Positions 41,318 through 50,835 of a stretch of 64,000 nt of DNA are shown here, in pieces. The stretch covers positions 1 to 64,000 of the forward strand of contig OZ025741.1 in assembly GCA_964019335.1 (NCBI GenBank), written 5' to 3'. The translations under genes were made by a program, and so were the position numbers. The notes under the pieces were generated by a model. That model was not told the origin of the DNA, made no database searches, and saw only the letters and a program-made list of their open reading frames with translations. Positions within the stretch are counted from its first letter, which is position 1. Each line of letters starts with the position of its first letter. The DNA comes from Diplonema japonicum. Taxonomy: Eukaryota; Protista; Euglenozoa: Diplonemea.

Positions 41318-43009
41318 TCAACCAGGGGTACCAATGTAGCGTGTGATCGGCGAGGGCGCTGAAACTGTGGTATGCACAAGACGTGGCCCCAGAGGGTCGT
41401 TTTGAGGCTCTTCTTGAAGATCTCTGTGAACAGGAGGGACGTTCCACGGCAGCATGTTCTGCCCGGTGTAGTGAGTAGTGTCAGTGGAGTCAAGGATGGC
41501 GAGGAGCTCCCTGGCGAAGGCGACCTCGTCGTCTGCTCTGCTGTGGAGCACATCATGGGGATCGAGGGCCTTCTGCAGGGTGCTGATACGCCTTATGCTT
41601 GCTTCGACCCGTCTTGCAGAGTGGTCCATCTGGAAGGCTACGGTCCCTGCGGAGTGCTGCCGTTCTAAAGACGCTCTGAAGTGGTGTAGATGTCGCAGGG
41701 TCCTGACTTCCATGCACATGTTTTCCATTTCTTTCAATAATGCGAAGCCGTCGAGTCGCCCTTTTATCTTCTGGTCCATGTCTGCCAATGATGAGTTCTC
41801 GCGTCCTTCGCTCTTCCTGTCTGTTTTCGGCTTCTGGTACTCTGCGTTCGGGTTCCCCACTCCCATCTTCGTCTCCAGCTCCCTCGTCCTTGCCCGCAAC
41901 GCCACCAGCTCCGCAGCATCTGAGTCATAACGTTGCGACCGTTGCGATCGTTGCGATTTCACCGTATCGTGTTCTGTTTCGTTTTCTCTCTCCCGTTCCC
42001 TCCCGTTTTCTCTTTCCCTTTCCCTTTCCTTCTCCCGTTCCTTGTCTCTTTCCCTCTCCTTCTCCCTTTCTTTCTCTCTTTCCTTCTCCTTTTCTCTTTC
42101 TTTTTCTCTCTCCCATTCTCTTTCTCTCTCTCTTTCCCTCTCCCTCTCCCTCTCCATCTCTCTTTCGTGTTCTCTCTCCCGTTCCCTCTCTCTTGCTCTT
42201 GCTGCCTCTCTTTCCTCTTCGCGTATCTGTTTTTGGCGTTTTTGGGGGAAAGAAGAAAACACACCTGCTGCTCTGTACGCGGTGGTGGGCCCTTCATTGC
42301 AACGCCTTCTGATTCTGGAGACACTGGGGACTTCCTGAAGGGGGATAGCAATCAGGTTTTTAATAATACCTGAAGGGGCTCTCGCTCTGTTTAGGCCTCC
42401 CTCGTGCAGGGGAAAGAGAGCGGGTCTTTGGGTGGGAGAACAGCCTACGATGTTCCTGAAGGGGTTTTTTTTTTCTCTTTTTAATTTCTGTTCAGTTGTT
42501 TCTCATACCTCCATCCATTTGTATTCACAGTGGGAGCGTCTGCACGTGTGGCGATAGCTCATCTGGTGGTGGTCATCGTTGATGTTGTTGCAGCGAAGGT
42601 CGTTGGGACACATGGGGGGGAGTGAGCGGTGCTTCAACGGCGACGGTGAGCGTGATCGTGACCTGGATCTGGACGTTGATGCGTTGCGCGAATGCCGGGA
42701 CTTCCGTGAAGACTTGCGTCTGCTACCACTCCCATGTCTCCTTGGTGACCGTGAAGGCGACGACCTCCGCGACCTAGAGTGCACCTGCGACCCGTCTCCT
42801 CTCCTCTTCCTCGATGACGACCTCCTTCTCGTCGATCCACTCCTCCTGCTGCTCACCGGGCTCGGTGGACCTCCCTTCCGCAAGGGCGATGGCGGCCTCA
42901 CTTGACTCTTATGTCCATACCCAGGTGCTGGCGGTATCTTCACCACCATAGGTGCCCTTGGGTTTTGATTCACAGGCCGCACGGCAGTGAACCTCGCATC
43001 GGATGACAT
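41318..43009 (-). CDS. RS-rich / tandem PBZ-like zinc finger / RE-KE repeat protein, ~521 aa, 4 exons
   Basis: Introns 42456-42508 (53), 42335-42369 (35) and 42227-42264 (38) join ORFs 42503-43234, 41959-42351 and 41318-42262. Splicing completes a second finger, CRRSHCEYKWME|EHRRLFSHP, after CPNDLRCNNINDDHHQMSYRH. The 3' end is uncertain. Confidence 0.75.
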
Positions 43010-43131
43010 GGTGCACCCACTGGACACACTGCAGGAGGGGTGCTTCGATGGAAAATGGTCAGAAAAGAGAAGAAACAAACCAAAAAGAGGAGCACAAATG
43101 AATGGAGGGGGGGAAGCTGTGGTAACAGCTT

Positions 43132-46100
43132 CTAACATACAACTGGACAGGTCTTTGCAAGGGTGCCATCCGCCATCATCCGCACCCTGCAGACCTGAGA
43201 GCAGCCCACCGTCATGGTGTGCCGTGTGCGCCACGCGTTCGCAAGCTGCGTGATGGTTGCAATTGTTCCGTCGATCTGCAGTCTCTTGGATGTCTGAAAA
43301 TGCTGGTCTTGAGACCAGTACATGATGCTGTACTGCCCTGATGAAAGCGCGGGGATGGCCAAACTCAGCACGGCATGAGTAGTGTTTGACTGTATGCTGC
43401 CACGTGACACAGGCACTTGGTACAGCGCTCTGGACGGTGTGGGGGATGTCTTGCTTACCACCGCCACCTTGTCGTTGCTGCTAAAGGGCTTGCACACACC
43501 GGGACACGCGACACTACACCCAATCACTTCAAGTAGGAACGGAGTACCTGCCACTGGTGCACTTGGTGTCACCTTCATGGCCCCCGACGCAACTGGGAAA
43601 CCAGCGGGATCGCACACCACACCACCTGAACCTTGCATAGTTCTCATCGTTTCCGACAAGCTGACTGAAGAAGACGCTGTCCTCGTCGCCTCCTGTGTCA
43701 CAGTGGCGGTCTCTGTTTCACTCCGTGTATACGTATCACTCTTTGACAGCGAGAAGCTCTCCGTCAGGGAAACGGACGCTGTCTGTGTCCCTGTCTCGGA
43801 ACCTGACAAAGTCAAAGAAGGCGTCGGTATAGTGACGGACAGGGAGCCCGAGCCTGTAAGACTGCCTGTCCCTGTCAACGTCGCACTGCTTGTCGAACTT
43901 GCACTCTCCGTTCCTGTTGGCAGCGTTCCCGTAGCCCGCGTGGCACTAGCCGTGAACAGAGACGCAGTGAGTGAGAATGTCTGCGTCAGTGAGAACGAGA
44001 AGGTTGGCGTGTGGGTCACTGTCCCTGTTGGTAGAGAGAGCGTCATGGAAAAGGTACTCGTAAAAGTAGGCATTGTGAATGATTCAGAGTGTGTCTCAGT
44101 GGCAGTGGGAAGCGACAATGAAAAGGTGAAAGTAGAGGTCGCTGTTGGGAGTGAGAAGGTCTCACTTGCCGTTTCCGTAGGCAGCGTGACTGTAGCAGTT
44201 GCCGTGCTGGTCGGGAGAGTCAGCGAAAGTGTTTCCGTGCCTGTGGGAAGCGACAACGTAAATGTCTCTGTCCCTGTTGGTATAGAGAAGGTCCAAGAAG
44301 ACGTCATTGTGGGAAGCGTGTGTGTGAACGTAGAACTGAACGTCGGCAGCGTAATTGAGAAGGTCTCTGTTCGCGTGCGCAGCGAGATGGTTTGCGTTTC
44401 AGTACCAGTTGGGAGTGAGAAGGTCTCCGAGGCCGTTCCAGTTGGCATTGTGAAGGTGTCCGAAGCAGTGGCGGTCGGGAACGTGACGCTGATGGATAAA
44501 GTTTGCGAGGGTAGTGTTATACTGACAGTTTCGGTTCTTGTCGGCAGCGATAGCGTGACTGTCTCTGTCCCCGTCGGGAGTGTGAATGTCTCTGTCGCCG
44601 TGCTTGTAGGCAGTGTCAAGGTCTCTGTTGCTGTACTTGTAGGTAAAGTCAGTGTTTCAGTAACAGTCCCAGTTGGAAGTGACAGAGTGAAAGTTTCCGT
44701 CCTTGTGAACAACGAAAACGTCACTGACTCTGTCGCAGTTGGCAAAGTAAAGGTCTCAGTCGCTGTGCTTGTTGGAAGTGTCAATGTCACTGTCTCAGTC
44801 CCAGTAGGCAGAGTGAGGGTGAGGGTCTCTGTCCCAGTAGGCAACGAAAACGTTGTGGTTTCCGTTCCGGTTGGGAGTGTGAATGTTTCTGTGGCTGTAC
44901 TAGTAGGGAGTGTGATGGTTTCTGTTGCAGTACTGGTCGGGAGGGTCAAAGATAATGTATCAGTCCCTGTTGGCAAGGACAAAGTAATGGTCTCCGTCCC
45001 TGTGGGTAACGACAACGTGGTTGTCTCTGTCCCTGTTGGGAGTGTGAATGTTTCAGTTGCCGTGCTCGTGGGTAGTGTAAGCGTCTCTGTTGCGGTGCTT
45101 GAAGGCAACGTCAGTGTCTCGGTTGCAGTCCCAGTCGGTAGTGACAGAGTGAAGGTTTCCGTCCTTGTGAACAGCGAAAATGTCACTGTCTCTGTCGCAG
45201 TTGGCAGAGTTAAGGTCTCTGTGGCGGTGCTGGTCGGGAGGGTCAATGTCAGTGTTTCAGTGCTCGTTGGCAGTGTAAGTGTGAGAGTCTCTGTCCCAGT
45301 AGGTAGCGAAAATGTCACTGTCTCCGTCCCTGTCGGGAGTGTGAAGGTCTCCGTCGCTGTGCTCGTGGGTAGTGTAAGAGTCAGCGTCGCAGTGCTTGAA
45401 GGCAACGTCAGTGTCTCAGTTGCAGTCCCTGTCGGAAGTGACAGAGTGAGGGTCTCCGTCCTTGTGAACAGCGAAAATGTCACTGTTTCTGTGGCAGTTG
45501 GCAAAGTAAAGGTCTCTGTGGCGGTGCTGGTCGGGAGGGTCAATGTCAGTGTTTCAGTGCTCGTTGGCAGTGTAAGTGTGAGAGTCTCTGTCCCAGTAGG
45601 TAGCGAAAATGTCACTGTCTCCGTCCCTGTTGGGAGTGTGAAGGTCTCCGTCGCTGTGCTCGTGGGTAGTGTAAGAGTCAGCGTCGCAGTGCTTGAAGGC
45701 AACGTCAGTGTCTCAGTTGCAGTCCCTGTCGGAAGTGTCAGAGTGAGGGTCTCCGTCCTTGTGAACAGAGACAATGTCACTGTTTCTGTGGCAGTTGGCA
45801 GAGTAAATGTCTCTGTGGCGGTGACAGTCGGGAGTGTCAATGTCACTGTCTCAGTCGCAGTTGGTAGAGTGAGGGTGAGGGTCTCTGTCCCAGTAGGCAA
45901 AGAAAGTGTTATTGTCTCTGTCCCTGTTGGGAGTGTGAAGGTCTCTGTTGCAGTACTTGTGGGCAACGTCAGTGTGACAGTAGCAGTACTGGTCGGGAGG
46001 GTCATGGTCAGAGTTTCAGTTCCAGTCGGCAGTGAGATTGTTAAAGTCTCTGTCCCAGTAGGTAGAGACAGTGTCACTGTCTCCGTCCCTGTTGGGAGTG

Positions 46101-49100
46101 TGAAGGTCTCCGTCGCTGTGCTCGTGGGTAGTGTAAGAGTCAGCGTTGCAGTGCTCGAAGGCAGCGTCAGTGTCTCGGTTGCAGTCCCTGTTGGAAGTGA
46201 CAGAGTGAGGGTCTCCGTCCTTGTGAACAGAGACAATGTCACTGTTTCTGTGGCAGTTGGCAAAGTAAAGGTCTCTGTGGCGGTGACAGTCGGGAGTGTC
46301 AATGTCACTGTCTCAGTCGCAGTTGGGAGAGTGAGGGTGAGGGTCTCTGTCCCAGTAGGCAAAGAAAGTGTTATTGTCTCTGTCCCTGTTGGGAGTGTGA
46401 AGGTCTCTGTTGCGGTACTTGTGGGCAACGTCAGTGTGACAGTAGCAGTACTGGTTGGGAGGGTCATGGTCAGAGTTTCAGTTCCAGTCGGCAGTGAGAT
46501 TGTTAAAGTCTCTGTCCCAGTAGGTAGCGAAAGTGTCACTGTCTCCGTCCCTGTCGGGAGTGTGAAGGTCTCCGTCGCTGTGCTCGTGGGTAGTGTAAGA
46601 GTCAGCGTTGCAGTGCTCGAAGGCAACGTCAGTGTCTCGGTTGCAGTCCCTGTTGGAAGTGACAGAGTCAATGTCTCCGTCCTTGTGAACAGAGACAATG
46701 TCACTGTTTCTGTGGCAGTTGGCAAAGTAAAGGTCTCTGTGGCGGTGACAGTCGGGAGTGTCAATGTCACTGTCTCAGTCGCAGTTGGTAGAGTGAGGGT
46801 GAGGGTCTCTGTCCCAGTAGGCAAAGAAAGTGTTATTGTCTCTGTCCCTGTTGGGAGTGTGAAGGTCTCTGTTGCGGTACTTGTGGGCAACGTCAGTGTG
46901 ACAGTAGCAGTACTGGTTGGGAGGGTCATGGTCAGAGTTTCAGTTCCAGTCGGCAGTGAGATTGTTAAAGTCTCTGTCCCAGTAGGTAGAGACAGTGTCA
47001 CTGTCTCCGTCCCTGTTGGGAGTGTGAAGGTCTCCGTCGCTGTGCTCGTGGGTAGTGTAAGAGTCAGCGTTGCAGTGCTCGAAGGCAGCGTCAGTGTCTC
47101 GGTTGCAGTCCCTGTTGGAAGTGACAGAGTGAGGGTTTCCGTCCTTGTGAACAGCGAAAATGTCACTGTTTCTGTGGCAGTTGGCAGAGTAAAGGTCTCT
47201 GTGGCGGTGCTGGTCGGGAGTGTCAATGTCACTGTCTCAGTCGCAGTTGGTAGAGTGAGGGTGAGGGTCTCTGTCCCAGTAGGCAAAGAAAGTGTTATTG
47301 TCTCTGTCCCTGTTGGGAGTGTGAAGGTCTCTGTTGCGGTACTTGTGGGCAAAGTCACTGTGATAGTAGCAGTACTGGTCGGGAGGGTCAAGGTCGATGT
47401 CTCAGTTCCTGTAGGCAGCGTAAGTGTGAATGTTGCAGTCCCACTGGGTAGCGTCAAACTTACTGTCTCTGTTGCAGTTGGCAAAGACAGAGTCTCCGTG
47501 GCAGTACTTGTTGGAAGTGTCATAGTGAAAGTACTTGTGCTAGTTGGCAACGTCAGTGTCTCTGTTGCTGTGGATGTTGGAAGCGAAAATGTTGTGGTTT
47601 CCGTCACTGTAGGGAGTGTCAAGGTCTCCGTAGCTGTCTCTGTGGGCAGTGTCAAAGTGAGAGTTGCCGTGCTGGTCGGGAGTGTAAAAGTGAGAGTTTC
47701 AGTTCCCGTTGGCAAAGAAAACGTCGAGGTTTCCGTTCCTGTAGGCAAAGAAATGGTCACTGTCTCGGTTGCAGTCCCAGTCGGTAGTGACAGAGTGAAG
47801 GTCTCCGTCGCTGTGCTCGTGGGTAGTGTAAGAGTCAGCGTCGCAGTGCTTGAAGGCAACGTCAGTGTCTCGGTTGCAGTCCCAGTCGGGAGTGTCAGAG
47901 TGAGGGTCTCCGTCCTTGTGAACAGAGACAATGTCACTGTCTCTGTGGCAGTTGGGAGTGTGAAGGTCTCTGTGGCGGTGACAGTCGGGAGGGTCAAGGT
48001 CAGAGTTTCAGTGCTCGTTGGCAATGTAAGTGTGAGAGTCTCTGTCCCAGTAGGTAGCGAAAGGGTCACTGTTTCTGTCACAGTTGGGAGTGTGTAGGTC
48101 TCTGTGGCGGTGACAGTCGGGAGTGTCAATGTCACTGTCTCAGTCGCAGTTGGGAGAGTGAGGGTGAGGGTCTCTGTCCCAGTAGGCAAAGAAAGTGTTA
48201 TTGTCTCTGTCCCTGTTGGAAGTGTGAAGGTCTCTGTTGCAGTACTTGTGGGCAACGTCAGTGTGACAGTAGCAGTACTGGTCGGAAGGGTCATGGTCAG
48301 AGTTTCAGTTCCAGTCGGCAGCGTAAAAGTAAAAGTTGCAGTATTTGTGGGAACAGTCAAACTCACAGTCTCCGTCTCCGTTGGGAGCGATATTGTCTCT
48401 GACGCCGTGCGTGTTGGGAGCGTAAATGTAAGAGTAGCAGTACCAGTTGGCAGGGTCAGTGTCTCTGTTACTGTTGCAGTTGGAAGTGACATAGTGGTGG
48501 TTTCTGTTGACGTAGGCAAGGAAACGGTCACACTCTCAGTGGTTGTTGGTAGAGTGAAGGTTCCTGTAGCTGTTTCAGACGGGAGCGTGACCGTAACGGT
48601 TTGAGTCGTTGTGGGCAATGTCAAGGTCATGGACTGAGTCCTTGTTGGCATCGTGATAGTCTGACTCTCTGTTCCAGTGGGAAGTGTGAAAGTCGTCGAA
48701 GCTGTCGCTGTAGCCAAACTAATAGTTTCTGTCGCAGTGCTGGAAGGAAGCGTTATTGTTATTGTTGATGTCTCAGTAAGAAGTGTGAGTGTAAGAGTCT
48801 CGGTTCCTGTGGGCATGGTTAGAGACACAGTAGCAGTTCCCGTGGGAATGGTGAAGGTCTCTGAAATTGTGCCGGTTGGCAGTGTTGCAGTAAGAGTTTC
48901 GGTTGAAGTAGGCAACGAAAGAGTAACGGTGTCTGTGTTCGTAGGGACAGTGATCGATTCCGTTTCCGTCCCCGTGGGCAGCGTTACTGTCTCTGACGCC
49001 GTGCCCGTAGGCAGCGAGAAAGTAAACGTTGCGGTGCTAGTGGGCAGCGTTACAGTCTCTGACGCCGTGCCCGTAGGCAGCGAGAAAGTAAACGTTGCGG

Positions 49101-50652
49101 TGCTAGTGGGCAGAGTCAGCGTTTCGGTCGCTGTTGCTGATAAAAGTGTGATGGTCAGTGTCTCGGTGGCAGTCGGAAGAGTTATCGTAGTGGACACCGT
49201 TCCCGTCGGGATAGTCAAGCTTTCCGTTGCAGTTCCGGTGGGCAGACTCGCTGTGAAAGACACGGTTCCTGTGGGAAGCGTAACAGACACAGTGGCTGTC
49301 TCTGTGGGCAACGTAGAAGTCACGGTCTCAGTCCCCGTTGGGATCGTGATAGTCTCTGAAACCGTGCCTGTGGGAAGTGTCACAGTGACTGACTCCGTGC
49401 TCGTGAACGTTTCGGTAGACGATGGCAATGTAAGAGTAACGGTCTCTGTCCTTGTGGGTAAACTAATAGTTTCGCTCTCTGTTCCTGTCGGTATTGTGAA
49501 GCTCGTCGTCTCCGTTTGAGACGGCATCGTGACAGTGAGTGACGACGTGCCAGTCGGAAGGGTCATCGTCAATGTTTCTGAACCCGTAGGCAGCGTGAGG
49601 GTTTGCGTCTCTGTTGTGGTGGGGAAGGACAGTGTGACTGTCTCTGTCGCCGTCGGCAACGTAAGCGTCGCGGTTGCCGTTCCCGTTGGCAAACTAACCG
49701 TCTCAGAAGCCGTTGCTGTGGGAAGGGTCACTGTCTCAGACACCGTACCCGTTGGAAGCGACACACTCACAGACTCGGTAGGGGTACCACTTGCCGTTTC
49801 CGTGGGTGTCTTACTCATAGTTTCACTCATCGTAGCCGTCGCCGACCCAGTTGGGACAGTCACAGTTGTCGTCTCTGTAGGAACAGTAACCGTCACCGAG
49901 CCCGTTGGGAGGGATAAAGTGGTAGTTTCAGTACCAGTGTCAAAAGACACTGTGACAGACGAGGTTGGCAGGGTAACGGTTGTGCTATCAGTCACTGTGA
50001 GCAAGGTCACCGTAGTACTGACAGTGGGTAGCGTGGCGGTCACAGAACGGGCAGAAAGACATTTGTATTGGATTCGCATCTTCGGAAGGGCGCAGCCTGT
50101 GCTGACAATTTGCCAATGGCTTAGAAGGTCGGACCCAGTGCACAGAGGGGTTTGGTTCTCCAAGTACTCCAACGTGTAGCCTTGCATAAGAGTGCAGCTT
50201 GTGAACTGAAAACCACCGTTTGTTGAATAGCCGTTAACGTTACAGCATGTATATGAGAGTTTCGTCAAGCCGCTTGTGCAGCCTGTCGTCAGGAAGTCAA
50301 ATGTCGTGAGAGCTTGGTCACTACAGGCAGCCACGTGTTGATCAAGGTAGTCTAGACCTTTGCTTGCAAGGTCTGTGCAGGTCGTGGATGTTGTTGTGCA
50401 AGAATCCGTCCCGTAGTTTGATATCGGCAGGCAGTACATGTCTACCAGCATCCCGGGGCTTGCGCACCCGTGCACCCCAAGGTTCCACCCCTGCAGCCCA
50501 TACCCCGCCCCGCAAGTGACTATATGACCAACAAGATCTTCGGCATAATACCCGATTGTATTCTTGCACCCGGTGGCACTAGTAATATGAACCACCTCCG
50601 CTCCGTAGCAGGAACATGCAAGGAACACCGTCAGCACCACCCGAAGCATCAT
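43132..50652 (-). CDS. Secreted Thr-rich 11-residue repeat protein, 2506 aa
   Basis: Signal peptide MMLRVVLTVFLACSCYG, three Cys-rich ~55-aa repeats, ~2000 aa of LPTxTET(phi)T(phi)T, Cys-containing C-terminal domain, no obvious anchor. Confidence 0.88.
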   Translation of the reverse strand: MMLRVVLTVFLACSCYGAEVVHITSATGCKNTIGYYAEDLVGHIVTCGAGYGLQGWNLGVHGCASPGMLVDMYCLPISNYGTDSCTTTSTTCTDLASKGLDYLDQHVAACSDQALTTFDFLTTGCTSGLTKLSYTCCNVNGYSTNGGFQFTSCTLMQGYTLEYLENQTPLCTGSDLLSHWQIVSTGCALPKMRIQYKCLSARSVTATLPTVSTTVTLLTVTDSTTVTLPTSSVTVSFDTGTETTTLSLPTGSVTVTVPTETTTVTVPTGSATATMSETMSKTPTETASGTPTESVSVSLPTGTVSETVTLPTATASETVSLPTGTATATLTLPTATETVTLSFPTTTETQTLTLPTGSETLTMTLPTGTSSLTVTMPSQTETTSFTIPTGTESETISLPTRTETVTLTLPSSTETFTSTESVTVTLPTGTVSETITIPTGTETVTSTLPTETATVSVTLPTGTVSFTASLPTGTATESLTIPTGTVSTTITLPTATETLTITLLSATATETLTLPTSTATFTFSLPTGTASETVTLPTSTATFTFSLPTGTASETVTLPTGTETESITVPTNTDTVTLSLPTSTETLTATLPTGTISETFTIPTGTATVSLTMPTGTETLTLTLLTETSTITITLPSSTATETISLATATASTTFTLPTGTESQTITMPTRTQSMTLTLPTTTQTVTVTLPSETATGTFTLPTTTESVTVSLPTSTETTTMSLPTATVTETLTLPTGTATLTFTLPTRTASETISLPTETETVSLTVPTNTATFTFTLPTGTETLTMTLPTSTATVTLTLPTSTATETFTLPTGTETITLSLPTGTETLTLTLPTATETVTLTLPTVTATETYTLPTVTETVTLSLPTGTETLTLTLPTSTETLTLTLPTVTATETFTLPTATETVTLSLFTRTETLTLTLPTGTATETLTLPSSTATLTLTLPTSTATETFTLSLPTGTATETVTISLPTGTETSTFSLPTGTETLTFTLPTSTATLTLTLPTETATETLTLPTVTETTTFSLPTSTATETLTLPTSTSTFTMTLPTSTATETLSLPTATETVSLTLPSGTATFTLTLPTGTETSTLTLPTSTATITVTLPTSTATETFTLPTGTETITLSLPTGTETLTLTLPTATETVTLTLPTSTATETFTLPTATETVTFSLFTRTETLTLSLPTGTATETLTLPSSTATLTLTLPTSTATETFTLPTGTETVTLSLPTGTETLTISLPTGTETLTMTLPTSTATVTLTLPTSTATETFTLPTGTETITLSLPTGTETLTLTLPTATETVTLTLPTVTATETFTLPTATETVTLSLFTRTETLTLSLPTGTATETLTLPSSTATLTLTLPTSTATETFTLPTGTETVTLSLPTGTETLTISLPTGTETLTMTLPTSTATVTLTLPTSTATETFTLPTGTETITLSLPTGTETLTLTLPTATETVTLTLPTVTATETFTLPTATETVTLSLFTRTETLTLSLPTGTATETLTLPSSTATLTLTLPTSTATETFTLPTGTETVTLSLPTGTETLTISLPTGTETLTMTLPTSTATVTLTLPTSTATETFTLPTGTETITLSLPTGTETLTLTLPTATETVTLTLPTVTATETFTLPTATETVTLSLFTRTETLTLTLPTGTATETLTLPSSTATLTLTLPTSTATETFTLPTGTETVTFSLPTGTETLTLTLPTSTETLTLTLPTSTATETFTLPTATETVTFSLFTRTETLTLSLPTGTATETLTLPSSTATLTLTLPTSTATETFTLPTGTETVTFSLPTGTETLTLTLPTSTETLTLTLPTSTATETLTLPTATETVTFSLFTRTETFTLSLPTGTATETLTLPSSTATETLTLPTSTATETFTLPTGTETTTLSLPTGTETITLSLPTGTDTLSLTLPTSTATETITLPTSTATETFTLPTGTETTTFSLPTGTETLTLTLPTGTETVTLTLPTSTATETFTLPTATESVTFSLFTRTETFTLSLPTGTVTETLTLPTSTATETLTLPTSTATETFTLPTGTETVTLSLPTRTETVSITLPSQTLSISVTFPTATASDTFTMPTGTASETFSLPTGTETQTISLRTRTETFSITLPTFSSTFTHTLPTMTSSWTFSIPTGTETFTLSLPTGTETLSLTLPTSTATATVTLPTETASETFSLPTATSTFTFSLSLPTATETHSESFTMPTFTSTFSMTLSLPTGTVTHTPTFSFSLTQTFSLTASLFTASATRATGTLPTGTESASSTSSATLTGTGSLTGSGSLSVTIPTPSLTLSGSETGTQTASVSLTESFSLSKSDTYTRSETETATVTQEATRTASSSVSLSETMRTMQGSGGVVCDPAGFPVASGAMKVTPSAPVAGTPFLLEVIGCSVACPGVCKPFSSNDKVAVVSKTSPTPSRALYQVPVSRGSIQSNTTHAVLSLAIPALSSGQYSIMYWSQDQHFQTSKRLQIDGTIATITQLANAWRTRHTMTVGCSQVCRVRMMADGTLAKTCPVVC
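44030..50030 (-). repeat. 33-bp coding tandem array with 297-bp and 462-bp higher-order units
   Basis: Equivalent positions at 45205, 45502, 45799 (spacing 297 = 9x33) and 45799, 46261, 46723, 47185 (spacing 462 = 14x33). Confidence 0.9.
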
Positions 50653-50835
50653 GATGAAGCCATGTTACTTTGAAGGTTATGGTTTTCTTCGTGCTTTTAT
50701 CCCCCCCCCGTTTGTGAAAGGAGAAAAAAATGAAGAAGGGAGGGAGGGGAGAGCAAGAAGAAAAAAAGGACAGTACAGTACCAATTATCAACAGAGGTGA
50801 GAACAACAAAAAAAAACAAAAAAAAAAAAAAAAAA

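Noticed and set aside
41312-41330. Possible selenocysteine TGA (..PG-TGA-ATG-TAA) with the downstream hairpin as SECIS
   Set aside because: The hairpin lacks the RUGA/GA quartet with correctly spaced apical AA, and there is no redox motif context.
43382-50179. Long plus-strand Val/Ser-rich ORFs (1571 aa and neighbours)
   Set aside because: Antisense shadow of the Thr-rich repeat: ACN codons read as stop-poor Val/Ser/Gly on the other strand.
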